Below are positions 10,381 to 20,279 of a DNA stretch of 64,000 bases, piece by piece (within the stretch, counting starts at the first letter, position 1; each line of letters opens with the position of its first letter). The DNA comes from Promethearchaeota archaeon (lineage in GTDB: Archaea; Asgardarchaeota; Lokiarchaeia; Sigyniarchaeales; SOKP01). The position numbers were made by a program, and so were the translations under genes. A model generated the notes under the pieces. It searched no databases. It was given only the letters and a program-made list of their open reading frames with translations, and was not told where the DNA came from. Location of the stretch: positions 256,001 through 320,000 of the forward strand of contig JAHPZA010000006.1 in NCBI GenBank assembly GCA_019058445.1, in the 5' to 3' direction.

Positions 10381-10478
10381 GCCTCCGTGGCTCAGTGGTA
10401 GAACTACTTTTAAAAGTAAGTGCCAAGAGCAGCTGACTTGTAATCAGCCGGTCGTGGGTTCAAGTCCCACCGGGGGCT
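10381..10478 (+). tRNA. tRNA-Thr(UGU) with 26-nt non-canonical intron at position 22/23 (10402-10427)
   Basis: Acceptor GCCTCCG/CGGGGGC, anticodon arm GCTGA-CTTGTAA-TCAGC, T arm GTGGG-TTCAAGT-CCCAC, discriminator T, no encoded CCA. Removing 10402-10427 restores the D arm GCTC-AGTGGTA-GAGC. Confidence 0.95.
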
Positions 10479-10565
10479 TCACTCATTTTAATTTTATAAG
10501 CTTTTTCTAATTTTCAAATTTTTTTGTCAGAAGTCTTTATTAAGTAAGAGCACTGAATATATTTT

Positions 10566-11933
10566 ATGTCAACTTCAAATGGCAATAAAAAAAATTATAC
10601 AAAAATATTTACATTCTATTATCTTGTTGAAGGTTTTTCTCAAGGTATACCTTTTCTCGTTTTTCCCCCTTATTTGGCGCAGCTCCTTGGAAATCAATTT
10701 GATGTTGCTCAATGGCTAATAATTGCGGCTATTGCTTCTTTACCATGGGCAATTAAAATGATAATAGGCGTTGCGAATGATAAATGGGGTTCTAAGAAAT
10801 ATGGCAATCGCTTTCCCTGGATTATGGGCTTTGGTATTTTTGGTGCATTTTGGTGGTTTATATTAGCTATATATTTACCAACTGGGCCCTCTATTTATAT
10901 GTTTTTGGCAGTATATTATTTCATGATCGCAACAGGGACGGCGTTTTCCGACACGGCTCTAGATGGACTCATATTAGATGTCATTCCAAAAGAGACTTTG
11001 GGCAGAATTCAGGGATACACATGGATGTGCCTTCTATTAGGGATGGGAGCAGGCGGAATGCTCTTAGGATTGATCTTTTTAGCATTAAACATAGTCCCAT
11101 TATTATTTGTTCTTACAGGAGCTTTAATGATCTTTGCATGTTTTTTAACGAAACGAGTACAAGAGCCTCCTCTTGAAGAAGTTACAGAAAGGTATATAGG
11201 TCGTGAGCTTAAGTCAATATTCACTAAAAAGAAGAATTGGAAAGTCATGGGATTCACTTTTACCTGTTCAATGGCCGGAGCAGTTGTATTTACATTCTTT
11301 CTCTATGTTATTTTGATTGCATTAAAAATAATCGATGTAAAGTCTACTATACTATCAATAACATCCGGTAATGCAGTAGAATTTTTAGGGTGGACATCCG
11401 TTTTTTACTTCTTTAATGGTTTAGGAACATTTTTTGGGTCCTTCTTTGCGGGGAAAAATGCGGATAAACATCGAAAAAAATCGTGTGTGACATCATACTT
11501 AATATATATACCATTCTGTCTTCTAAGCATTGTACCGTTCTTACTTACGGGTGAATTTCTAATCGCCTTAATCTATGGATTGTTTGGTGTTGCCTTCTTT
11601 GGAGCAATTCAAGGAGCATTATTGATATCTACTGGCACAGTTAGAGCAGACATTGTAAAGAAAGATTATCCGAAATTGAAAAGTACATACTATGCCATAC
11701 TAATTGCCCTATGGAACCTAGGTCAAACAGTTGGGTCATTAGTAGGAGCATTACTCTTTTCGTATTTAGCGATAAATTTTCCAGGTTTTAGTTTCTATAT
11801 CTTGTATTTTATATTGTCTGTATATGGGGCAGGAGCATTGATTATTAGTTTTTTATTATTTAGAACTATCGATCCAAAGGACTATGAATTAGAACATATT
11901 ATAGGAGAAGAAAAAGAAGTCTACTTCGCGTAA
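10566..11933 (+). CDS. MFS transporter (AmpG/BT1-like)
   Basis: About 12 TM segments; YLVEGFSQG, LPWAIK and DTALDGL motifs. Confidence 0.85.
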   Translation: MSTSNGNKKNYTKIFTFYYLVEGFSQGIPFLVFPPYLAQLLGNQFDVAQWLIIAAIASLPWAIKMIIGVANDKWGSKKYGNRFPWIMGFGIFGAFWWFILAIYLPTGPSIYMFLAVYYFMIATGTAFSDTALDGLILDVIPKETLGRIQGYTWMCLLLGMGAGGMLLGLIFLALNIVPLLFVLTGALMIFACFLTKRVQEPPLEEVTERYIGRELKSIFTKKKNWKVMGFTFTCSMAGAVVFTFFLYVILIALKIIDVKSTILSITSGNAVEFLGWTSVFYFFNGLGTFFGSFFAGKNADKHRKKSCVTSYLIYIPFCLLSIVPFLLTGEFLIALIYGLFGVAFFGAIQGALLISTGTVRADIVKKDYPKLKSTYYAILIALWNLGQTVGSLVGALLFSYLAINFPGFSFYILYFILSVYGAGALIISFLLFRTIDPKDYELEHIIGEEKEVYFA

Positions 11934-11938
11934 TAATT

Positions 11939-11962
11939 GTTAATTTTTTTTTTATTTTTTTT
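11939..11962 (+). terminator. T-rich archaeal terminator
   Basis: Long T tracts immediately after the MFS stop codon. Confidence 0.5.
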
Positions 11963-12000
11963 AGAAAAGGATTAGTACTAAAATACTATCAAAATGCTAT

Positions 12001-12258
12001 TTATTCTATGAAAAAATATTCCTTTCCCTTAGAAATAACAGATTTAATTGTATTATTATGAACTAGTTCCTTTATAAGACTATATAGAAAGAATTTTCCA
12101 CCGAGTTTTAAACTAAATTTTTTCTCATTTTTTAAAAGAAATTCAATTTCATTATAATCTAAACCGTTTCCTTGATTTTCCTTGAGAATTTGGAGGATTA
12201 TTTCTTTAATCTGTTCTGTGTTATCATAATTCTTAATCTTTTTTAATGAAATTGGCAG
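12001..12258 (-). CDS. Unannotated 85-aa winged-helix-like protein with CTG start
   Basis: Manual translation: (M)PISLKKIKNYDNTEQIKEIILQILKENQGNGLDYNEIEFLLKNEKKFSLKLGGKFFLYSLIKELVHNNTIKSVISKGKEYFFIE*. SD-like AGGTGG lies 6 nt upstream of CTG, with an in-frame TAA two codons before CTG. Confidence 0.7.
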   Translation of the reverse strand: MPISLKKIKNYDNTEQIKEIILQILKENQGNGLDYNEIEFLLKNEKKFSLKLGGKFFLYSLIKELVHNNTIKSVISKGKEYFFIE

Positions 12259-12296
12259 TTTTTACCACCTAGAGATTAATCATTCGTTTAATATAA

Positions 12297-12950
12297 TTAA
12301 GAAATCTCAATATGTCCCCCTGTTACCATATAATGAACTTTTTCACCGATTTTACAGGCATGATCACCACATCTTTCTAAATACCGAGCAATCATAATTA
12401 TATGAGCACAAATCGTTATGTTAGCGGGATCTTCCATCATATAGGAAACGGATTCTCTAAATATGCTCCATCGCATTTGATCAATTTCATTATCTCTTTC
12501 TTCAAAGTCCTTTAATTTCGTAATTTCGGATGTATCAAAGGCCTCTATTGAATCTTCTATCAATGATTTAACATGTTCCCACATATGTGTAATGCTTAAC
12601 ATTTCTGAAAGTGGGGTCTTATCTGTTAATAATTTAACAATGGCAGCAATATCTTTACCATAGCGCCCTAACCGGTATAAGTATGTAATCATTTTTAAGA
12701 TTGTAGCAAGCCTTCGTAAGTCTATGGCCATAGGTTGGTATAATGCTATTAATTTTAAAGCTCGCTCCTCAATATGAGCATCAAATTCTCTAAGTTTGTG
12801 TTTATTATGATTCACTTCATTTGCAAGTTCTAAATCTCGTGTATTAAGTGATATAATTGAATCCTCTAACATTTTTAATGATAATTTGCCCATGTCCAAA
12901 ACATCTTGTTTTAGATTAATAATTTCCCTATGCAGCTCACTTTTAGACAT
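12297..12950 (-). CDS. phoU: Phosphate signalling protein PhoU
   Basis: YQPMAIDLR and YLERCGDHA motifs; last annotated gene of the pst operon. Confidence 0.95.
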   Translation of the reverse strand: MSKSELHREIINLKQDVLDMGKLSLKMLEDSIISLNTRDLELANEVNHNKHKLREFDAHIEERALKLIALYQPMAIDLRRLATILKMITYLYRLGRYGKDIAAIVKLLTDKTPLSEMLSITHMWEHVKSLIEDSIEAFDTSEITKLKDFEERDNEIDQMRWSIFRESVSYMMEDPANITICAHIIMIARYLERCGDHACKIGEKVHYMVTGGHIEIS

Positions 12951-12951
12951 A

Positions 12952-13788
12952 TTAACCGAACCTACCTGTAATATAATTTTCTGTTAATCTTTCTTGAGGA
13001 TTTTCAAAGATTTGCTCAGTTTCTCCAAATTCAATTAATTCACCTAAATACATGAATGCGGTATAATCACTAATTCTTGCTGCTTGTTGCATATTATGAG
13101 TAACTATAATTACTGTGTATTTTTCCTTTAAGTCATTTATTAACTCTTCAATTTTTGCTGTAGCAATAGGATCAAGAGAGGATGTAGGTTCATCCATCAG
13201 AATTACTTCAGGTTCAATTGCTAAAGTCCTAGCAATACACAATCGTTGTTGTTGCCCTCCTGATAAACCTAAAGCGGAATCTTTTAATCTATCCTTAACT
13301 TCATCCCAGAGCACAGCCATTTCTAAGCTGTTTTTTAAAATAGTCTCTAATTTTTTTTTATCTCGCATTCGATGTATTTTAGGGCCATAAAGGATATTAT
13401 CATATATTGACATTGGAAAGGGATTAGGTTTTTGAAAAATCATACCTATATATTTTCTAATTTTCATCGCACTGATTCTATTACCATAAATATTTCTCCC
13501 CCTAAATTCAACAGTACCTTCGGTTTTGCAGCCTTCTATCACATCATTCATCCGATTAAAAGATCTGATAAGAGTAGACTTGCCACAACCAGAGGGTCCA
13601 ATAATAGCTGTAACTTTATTTTTTTTAACAATCATGTTGATATCTTTTAAGGCATGATTATCATCATACCAAAGATTCAAATTTTTGCATTCAATTATTA
13701 TATCATTTCCAGCTTTAATTTTCTCTATATCCGCATTTTGACTTTCACTAATTTCTTTAACTAACTTCGTTTTAACTTTTAAATTCAT
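12952..13788 (-). CDS. pstB: Phosphate ABC transporter ATP-binding protein
   Basis: [36 protein letters not shown] and YITGRFG. Confidence 0.97.
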   Translation of the reverse strand: MNLKVKTKLVKEISESQNADIEKIKAGNDIIIECKNLNLWYDDNHALKDINMIVKKNKVTAIIGPSGCGKSTLIRSFNRMNDVIEGCKTEGTVEFRGRNIYGNRISAMKIRKYIGMIFQKPNPFPMSIYDNILYGPKIHRMRDKKKLETILKNSLEMAVLWDEVKDRLKDSALGLSGGQQQRLCIARTLAIEPEVILMDEPTSSLDPIATAKIEELINDLKEKYTVIIVTHNMQQAARISDYTAFMYLGELIEFGETEQIFENPQERLTENYITGRFG

Positions 13789-13793
13789 ACAAT

Positions 13794-15914
13794 TCACCAA
13801 TTCTTTTTTTTCTGATAACTATTTCTAACGTATATAGCAAATGAATACATAATCATTACTAATACTAATAACACAAGAGCAGTACCTGCTGCTTGAGTAT
13901 CTGAATCTGGGATAGAAGTTGCTAATACAAATAAATGGTAAGTGAGTGCCATAACAGGTTGAATTACATATCGTGGTAAACTTTTTTGTTTAAATACTGC
14001 CGCAGTAAATAGTATGGGTGCTGTTTCTCCCGATGCTCTACCCATTCCAAGAATCATTCCAGTTGTTATACCGGGCATGGCGGCTGGTAAAACTACTTTA
14101 CTAATACTTTGCCATTTTGTCGATCCTAATGCGAGACTTCCTTCTCTAAATGATTGAGGTATACTTTTTACGGATTCTTCTGTTGTCCTAATAATTGTGG
14201 GAAGAATCATTAAAGCTAATGTTAATTGTCCAGCAATCATAGAGATCCCAAAATCTAAATATAATACAAAAAATGCTAACCCAAATAAACCAAATACTAT
14301 CGATGGAGTTCCATTTAAATTGTCAATTCCAGTACGAATAATCTTCGTTATAGGCCCCTCTTTGGCATATTCAGATAAATAAATTCCAGCCGCTACTCCT
14401 ATCGGAACAGCATAGATAATCGCACCTACTGTAAGCCAAAGTGTGCCAACAATCATAGGAAAGATTCCTCCTGCTCTACCAGAATCCTCCGAATCTTCAG
14501 TTAAGAATTCCCATGTGATTGCAGGAAGCCCATTTGAAACAATATAATAGATTATAATACTTAATGATAATACTGAAATAAATGCAGCAATTGAAATAAT
14601 GCTAAATACAACCCTCTGCTGATTAATAGGATTTAAAATTTTAAGAATAAAAATAAATCCCGCTAATGCGAGGCACATCAATATCGCAGTTTCCCAATCA
14701 AACCAGGTTGAAAAAACCCAAGCAAGTAATGTAAATAACATATAAAAATAAATTAGAAATTTGTATTCCTCCAATTTAAAGGGTGAAATAATCCTTAAGA
14801 CAAGAATTATTCCTATAAGGATTAATGAAATTATTACGGCGTTAATTATATCAAAAATATTTGTCAATAGCCATCCAAATAAAATAGATAATATAAGATA
14901 GGTGATAGTTTTTTTATTCTCCTTAATGATTTCAGGAATAAGAATTTGATTTCTTGATTTTGATTTAAGTTCCCCCCTTAATTTTTTATTAAATCGAGAA
15001 ATAATAAAATTGGCAGTTAGATTGATAATAAAGGTTATAAGAAATAAGACTATAGCCAATGCAAATAATGCTCGATAATGAAGGCTATTTGCCGGGACTT
15101 CTCCCATCTCAATACCAATAGTTCCTGTTATCGTCCTTAAAGGGGAAAAAATATCAGTAATGGGATCTGGGAAAACATTATTATTTCCTGTAACCATTAA
15201 AACAGCCATAGTTTCTCCTATTGCTCTGCCTAAACCTAAGATTACTGCAGCAGTGATTCCAGAAATAGCCCCTGGTAATATTACTTTACTAATTGTCTGC
15301 CATCTAGTTGCTCCCATAGCAAGAGATGCTTCACGATAGTGCATAGGGACCGAACTTATTGCATCCTCTGCAACAGTTACTATTGTTGGTAAGGCCATTA
15401 TAGCCAAAATTATAGAGCCAGAAAGCCAAGTCGCGCCTGAAGGAGCACCCAGTACCTCCTTTATGTATTTATTTAAGATTATAAGTCCAAAAAATCCAAA
15501 TACAACTGATGGCACCCCTGATAGCAATTCTACTGAGGCTTTTAAAAATTTACTAATTTTAGGAGGCGCGATTTCGGCAATAAATATCGCAGTCAAAATC
15601 CCTAAAGGTACCGCAATTACCATCGCCCCAAAGGCGACTAATAACGTGCCTGCTATTATATTATAAGCGCCAAATTGAGGTTCCTCCTCATCTGTGGGAA
15701 GCCAATGATCATCAAATAAAAATTCTTCAAGAGGAACTTTCCTAAAAAAATTTCCTGCATTCTGAAATAATAAGAAGATAATAAAAAAGACCACAATAGT
15801 AGCGAGGGAAGCACACATTAGTAAAATAAGATGAACCAATTTATCTGTATCAAAAGCACCTTCTATTTCAAATTCAGTAGTATCTTGCTCATAAATTTCG
15901 GTTGTTGAAGCCAT
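13794..15914 (-). CDS. Fused phosphate ABC permease PstC-PstA
   Basis: N-terminal half is PstC ([21 protein letters not shown]). C-terminal half is PstA ([22 protein letters not shown]). The halves are joined in one 706-aa frame by a hydrophobic linker. Confidence 0.92.
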   Translation of the reverse strand: MASTTEIYEQDTTEFEIEGAFDTDKLVHLILLMCASLATIVVFFIIFLLFQNAGNFFRKVPLEEFLFDDHWLPTDEEEPQFGAYNIIAGTLLVAFGAMVIAVPLGILTAIFIAEIAPPKISKFLKASVELLSGVPSVVFGFFGLIILNKYIKEVLGAPSGATWLSGSIILAIMALPTIVTVAEDAISSVPMHYREASLAMGATRWQTISKVILPGAISGITAAVILGLGRAIGETMAVLMVTGNNNVFPDPITDIFSPLRTITGTIGIEMGEVPANSLHYRALFALAIVLFLITFIINLTANFIISRFNKKLRGELKSKSRNQILIPEIIKENKKTITYLILSILFGWLLTNIFDIINAVIISLILIGIILVLRIISPFKLEEYKFLIYFYMLFTLLAWVFSTWFDWETAILMCLALAGFIFILKILNPINQQRVVFSIISIAAFISVLSLSIIIYYIVSNGLPAITWEFLTEDSEDSGRAGGIFPMIVGTLWLTVGAIIYAVPIGVAAGIYLSEYAKEGPITKIIRTGIDNLNGTPSIVFGLFGLAFFVLYLDFGISMIAGQLTLALMILPTIIRTTEESVKSIPQSFREGSLALGSTKWQSISKVVLPAAMPGITTGMILGMGRASGETAPILFTAAVFKQKSLPRYVIQPVMALTYHLFVLATSIPDSDTQAAGTALVLLVLVMIMYSFAIYVRNSYQKKKNW

Positions 15915-16075
15915 TTAATCCAAACCTTAATTATTAATCAGAAAATAATTTTTTATCATGAAAAATTTAATAAGCGATTTGATAAATCGATTTTTCATTT
16001 ATATTTGAGAAAAAATTATAATTGCATATATTTTATTTCTACATAGAGTATGTAAAAATATATAATCTCTATAAT

Positions 16076-16083
16076 CTATATAG
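16076..16083. promoter_or_regulatory. CTATATAG palindrome, candidate phosphate-regulon box upstream of pstCA
   Basis: Same 8-mer at 17217 and 17684; variant CTACATAG at 16039. Confidence 0.45.
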
Positions 16084-16134
16084 TTTCATGTCTTAATATG
16101 GATTATAAATCTAATTATTATTATAAATCCAAAA

Positions 16135-16163
16135 TAGAAAAAAACAAAAAAATAAAAAAAAAA
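16135..16163 (-). terminator. T-rich terminator downstream of pstS
   Basis: Long A runs on the + strand are U tracts on the pstS transcript. Confidence 0.5.
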
Positions 16164-16199
16164 TTTAATTAAAATTCATTATTTATTGCTAAAATACAC

Positions 16200-17108
16200 T
16201 TATAATGTAACAAAACCTTCATCTTCAACTATAGCTTGGCCATCGGATCGAATCCAGTCAATAAATTCTTTATAATCGTCATTAAGAGGAGCTTTATAAA
16301 TCATATATAACTTTCGTGAAATTAAATAATCTCCACTTTTAACGTTCGCAACTGTAGCTTGATAAAAGTTATCTACATTCCAGAGATCAATAGTATCAAC
16401 TGCGGAATCTACGTATCCTAATCCAACATACCCGATTGCATCCTCATCTCCCGCAACAGCAAGATGGACAGCTCCATTTGAAGGTAGTTCATCCTTTGAT
16501 ATTCCTTGATAAGCAGCATCATCCTCTAATCCTGTAATTTCCTCAAAACTTGCTCGAGTTCCAGAATTACTGTCTCTTCCAACAAGGTGAATTGGATCAT
16601 CTGGACCCCCAGTACATCCCGGGACATCATCCCAAGTATCATAAGTTCCATTCCAGACCTTTAAAACATCTTCTAATGTCCATTGGGGAATTAATTTTGG
16701 ATCCCCTTCAAAATGTTCATTTCCCGCACTCATTATAAGCGCAATACCATCATTGGCTATAGCTATTTGTCTTATGCTAGGTTCAAGAGCTTTTTCTGAA
16801 TCTTTAAGAGGTCTGGAAGCAATTCCAAGATGGCTTATATCATTAATTACATTAGATATTCCTACACTAGATCCCCCCGCCGACACCGCAAAATTATATT
16901 CCGTATTGTCGTCTTCGAATTCTGCTGCACATCTTACTACAATTGGAAAACACGTTGTAGAACCACTGATGAAGATGTTAATATCTTTCTTTTCATCCTC
17001 TTCTTCAAGGATTTCTTCACCGTAAAAAACACCAACTGCAGTCCATGTAATGAAAGCAGCTGCGAGAATCCCGATAATCGCTATAGTTATTATAGCTTTT
17101 TTTTCCAT
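16200..17108 (-). CDS. pstS: Phosphate ABC substrate-binding protein with N-terminal membrane anchor
   Basis: SGSTTCFP, GGSSVGI, RDSNSGTRASF, AIGYVG and YLISRKLY motifs. Confidence 0.93.
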   Translation of the reverse strand: MEKKAIITIAIIGILAAAFITWTAVGVFYGEEILEEEDEKKDINIFISGSTTCFPIVVRCAAEFEDDNTEYNFAVSAGGSSVGISNVINDISHLGIASRPLKDSEKALEPSIRQIAIANDGIALIMSAGNEHFEGDPKLIPQWTLEDVLKVWNGTYDTWDDVPGCTGGPDDPIHLVGRDSNSGTRASFEEITGLEDDAAYQGISKDELPSNGAVHLAVAGDEDAIGYVGLGYVDSAVDTIDLWNVDNFYQATVANVKSGDYLISRKLYMIYKAPLNDDYKEFIDWIRSDGQAIVEDEGFVTL

Positions 17109-17168
17109 TTCTTTTTTAACACCAAATTTAGGTTGTTTGATGTAGTAATCTTCAGATTAAAAGAAATT

Positions 17169-17224
17169 TCGATATAGTTTATATCGAGTTATTGAGAGAG
17201 TATAGGGATATATACTCTATATAG
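17169..17224. promoter_or_regulatory. Inverted repeats and CTATATAG box upstream of pstS
   Basis: TCGATATA-gtt-TATATCGA (17169-17187), AGAGTATA-gggata-TATACTCT (17197-17218) and CTATATAG (17217-17224). Confidence 0.5.
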
Positions 17225-17673
17225 TCGGTAACTCGTGCCCTATTACAATTTGGAGCGGTCTATTAGCAGATTAATAAAAACAAGGAAGATTGATATTCAA
17301 TCTATATAAATCTTTCGAATTAAAATTTAAGATAAATCAGAACTAAGTGGATATTCATATGGAAAGATCTATAACATTCTATCATATATTATATATGCTA
17401 TAAGGAAAAATAAACAATTTCTTTTTAATATATATTCTACATATAGAAAACTCTTTAGCTTTGAACATTATCTCATTCATAAATTGAATTGAGAATTTGT
17501 AAAAAAGTTTGTTTTAAGGCCCTGGATGAGTAGAGAATATCAAAATAATCTTTCATATGGTTTTTATATGTTTTATATATAGTGATTTATAAAATTGAGT
17601 ATATTTTTGATTATAATTTTAGGTAAAAAATTTATAATAAGGTTTTAATAGCCAAGATAGTTATTTTTATTGA

Positions 17674-17709
17674 CTATATATTCCTATATAGATCTAATAA
17701 AATATATAG
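17674..17709. promoter_or_regulatory. Phased CTATATA repeats upstream of the phosphate regulator gene
   Basis: CTATATA at 17674 and 17684, CTAATAA at 17694, ATATATAG at 17702, at roughly 10-bp spacing. Confidence 0.45.
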
Positions 17710-17806
17710 CTAAAATATATAATATATAATCATCCCATCTAATTAAAGAACTATATAATAGAATCAGTTATTCTACAAAAAAGCTAATTTTTTGAGGAGA
17801 TTTAAA

Positions 17807-18847
17807 GTGTTTCATATCGAAACAAGAAAAGTACAAAAAACGGGAGGTTCATCTTATATTGTGAGTCTTCCGATAGATTGGATTAAATCACATAATATTC
17901 ATGAAGTTTTTGAGAAAAATGGGTATACATTAGGAATAATTTCCCAACCAGATGGAAATTTATTAGTTACTCCAAATCCAAATTCAGAAGAAATTCTAAA
18001 AGCAAAGGAAATAATCGTTGATGAAATCGAAGATTACAACTTTTTGTTCCGTATTTTAATTGGAGCATATATCATGGGATATTCAAGGATAATCATAAAA
18101 TCCAGTAAAAAATTCGAACCGTTTGTACGGGATTGTGTGAATAATTTTACTCAAGTAGCGATTGGTCCTGAGATTATAGAAGAATCGAGTCAAATCATAG
18201 TTATTAAAGATTTGCTTAATCCGAAAGAGATGCCTTTTGAAAAGACAATAAGAAGAATGTATATACTTGCGGAATCAATGCACGAAGACGCTATTGAAGC
18301 GTTAAAGTCAAGAAATAAGGAATTAGCAGAAGAAATTATAAAAAGAGATGACGAAATCGACAGATTGCATTGGTTAATTGGTCGACAGTCTCATATCGTA
18401 TTAAAAGACATTATTTTATGTCAGAAAATGGGTGTAACTTTACAAGATGCTAATCAATTTCAATTTTTCAGCAAATACTTAGAACGTATTGGAGACCATG
18501 CGGTAAAAATTGCTAGGAATGTATCGGAAATAATTGAAGACGATATTAATGAGACTCTTATTACTGAAATTTTAAATGCTAGTGAATTATCCTTAAATTT
18601 ACTTAATAAGAGTTTAGATGCTTGGTTGCAAAAAGATTTACAATTAGCAAATGATAATATTGATTTAGTAAAAGATTTAGTAAAAATGTGTGAGACTATT
18701 CCGTCAAAAACTGAAAATCATAACATGGATTCTTCCATAGCAATTAGCTATATTGTTGAAAGTATTAGAAGAACAGGCGAATATGCTGCTGATATCTCAG
18801 AAATTATCATTAATAGTTTAATAGAGAAATTAGAAAAGTTTTCATAA
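17807..18847 (+). CDS. Archaeal phosphate uptake regulator (AbrB N-terminal domain plus two PhoU domains)
   Basis: ETRKVQKTGGSSYIVSLP AbrB motif, RDDEIDRLH and YLERIGDHA. Divergent from pstS. GTG 17807 preferred because GAGGAG lies at 17794-17799. Confidence 0.92.
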   Translation: MFHIETRKVQKTGGSSYIVSLPIDWIKSHNIHEVFEKNGYTLGIISQPDGNLLVTPNPNSEEILKAKEIIVDEIEDYNFLFRILIGAYIMGYSRIIIKSSKKFEPFVRDCVNNFTQVAIGPEIIEESSQIIVIKDLLNPKEMPFEKTIRRMYILAESMHEDAIEALKSRNKELAEEIIKRDDEIDRLHWLIGRQSHIVLKDIILCQKMGVTLQDANQFQFFSKYLERIGDHAVKIARNVSEIIEDDINETLITEILNASELSLNLLNKSLDAWLQKDLQLANDNIDLVKDLVKMCETIPSKTENHNMDSSIAISYIVESIRRTGEYAADISEIIINSLIEKLEKFS

Positions 18848-19119
18848 CTCTCTCTAAAGAAATTGGATATTTCAATACAGAATACTTAATCTTATTTAAA
18901 TTAAGTAAAAATATTGAATTTTTTAACGAAAATTAATAATATCAAAGCTTTATTAATGAATGTGGTTGTTTGATTCATTTTTCTTTTTAAAATGGAAAAT
19001 ATATAAAATATATATACTATATAAGAAACTCCTTAAAGATGAGTCAATCTAATTTTAAATAACAGCTATATGAAAAATCAATTTAATTTCACATTTGTTA
19101 AGCATACGATTTTGATAAT

Positions 19120-20175
19120 ATGAATATATATAAAAATAAAAATAGTGGAAAATTACTTCTTACAATAGTTATTTTAACCTTGGTAATCTTTACAATTAGC
19201 CAAACCAATACTAATCCTGAGAACTATATTCAAGAAGAATGTTATAAACAAACTAACGATTTAAAAAACCCTAAGCCATCTGATTCTTGGGATGAAGGAG
19301 AGGTAAATTTTATCCATATAAAAAATGATAATTGGTCAGCAATAGATTTCGATTGGATTCAAAATAAGACGGGAACATGGGATGATCCACATATCATTGA
19401 GAATATTACAATTAATGCTGGAAAATACGGAATAGGTATTTTGATTGAAGACTCTAGTGAATATTTTATACTTAATAATTGTACAATTTATAACTCTAGT
19501 AGGGGGCAATTTAACACCGCGGGGATTTATTTAAAAAATACTAGTAATGGAACAATAATTGATAACAATTTATCCTATAATAATGGCTCGGGGTTAATAA
19601 TGGATAATTCTATTAATATTACGATATCAGATAATTACATAACAAATAACGATGAAGATGGAATATATATCATCGGTCAAAGCAAAAATAATACTTTTCA
19701 TGACAATGATATTATGAACAACACAATTAAGGGATTAGATTTCAATGAAACGACAAGGTGGAATCTTATCTATAAAAACAATTTTACGAATAATGGAATA
19801 AACGCTATGGATAATGGTACTAGCAATCATTGGGATAATGGACAGATTGGAAATTACTGGGATGACTATCCTAAATGCGATGCAAACAGGGATAATATTG
19901 GAGAATGGCCTTATGATATCCCAGGTGAGGCAGACGCTCAAGATGAGTATCCAATTTGTTATAAAACCTGTGTATCTGCACCAAGAGAAGCGAAAGATGA
20001 AATAAAAGATGAGGATGAAGAAATAATTGCTGCCGCTAACGAATTCGTAGAATCTTTATTAGATAATATTGGGCTATATGCGACTTGGTCAATTTTTATA
20101 GAAATAATCACTGGGGTGGTAATAATCGTAAACAAGAAAAGAAAAAGTAAAATATCAGAAGAGAAATTTTGGTAA
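19120..20175 (+). CDS. Secreted or membrane-anchored parallel beta-helix (NosD/CASH-like) surface protein
   Basis: N-terminal hydrophobic segment, GTWDDPHIIEN, Asn-rich PbH1 repeats, GNYWDDY motif and C-terminal TM with basic tail. Confidence 0.85.
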   Translation: MNIYKNKNSGKLLLTIVILTLVIFTISQTNTNPENYIQEECYKQTNDLKNPKPSDSWDEGEVNFIHIKNDNWSAIDFDWIQNKTGTWDDPHIIENITINAGKYGIGILIEDSSEYFILNNCTIYNSSRGQFNTAGIYLKNTSNGTIIDNNLSYNNGSGLIMDNSINITISDNYITNNDEDGIYIIGQSKNNTFHDNDIMNNTIKGLDFNETTRWNLIYKNNFTNNGINAMDNGTSNHWDNGQIGNYWDDYPKCDANRDNIGEWPYDIPGEADAQDEYPICYKTCVSAPREAKDEIKDEDEEIIAAANEFVESLLDNIGLYATWSIFIEIITGVVIIVNKKRKSKISEEKFW

Positions 20176-20279
20176 AATATAATTATTCTTTTTTATTCTA
20201 AGTTTTTTTATTTTTTAAGATTTTAATTTTGATATTAGCCGTTTATGTTGACACTATTTCAAATTTAATGACAATTGAA

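Noticed and set aside
10381-12000. tRNA-anchored integrative element
   Set aside because: No integrase and no repeat of the tRNA 3' end seen in the window.
12080-12087. Fourth CTATATAG copy
   Set aside because: Lies inside the hidden wHTH coding frame, not in a promoter; probably chance.
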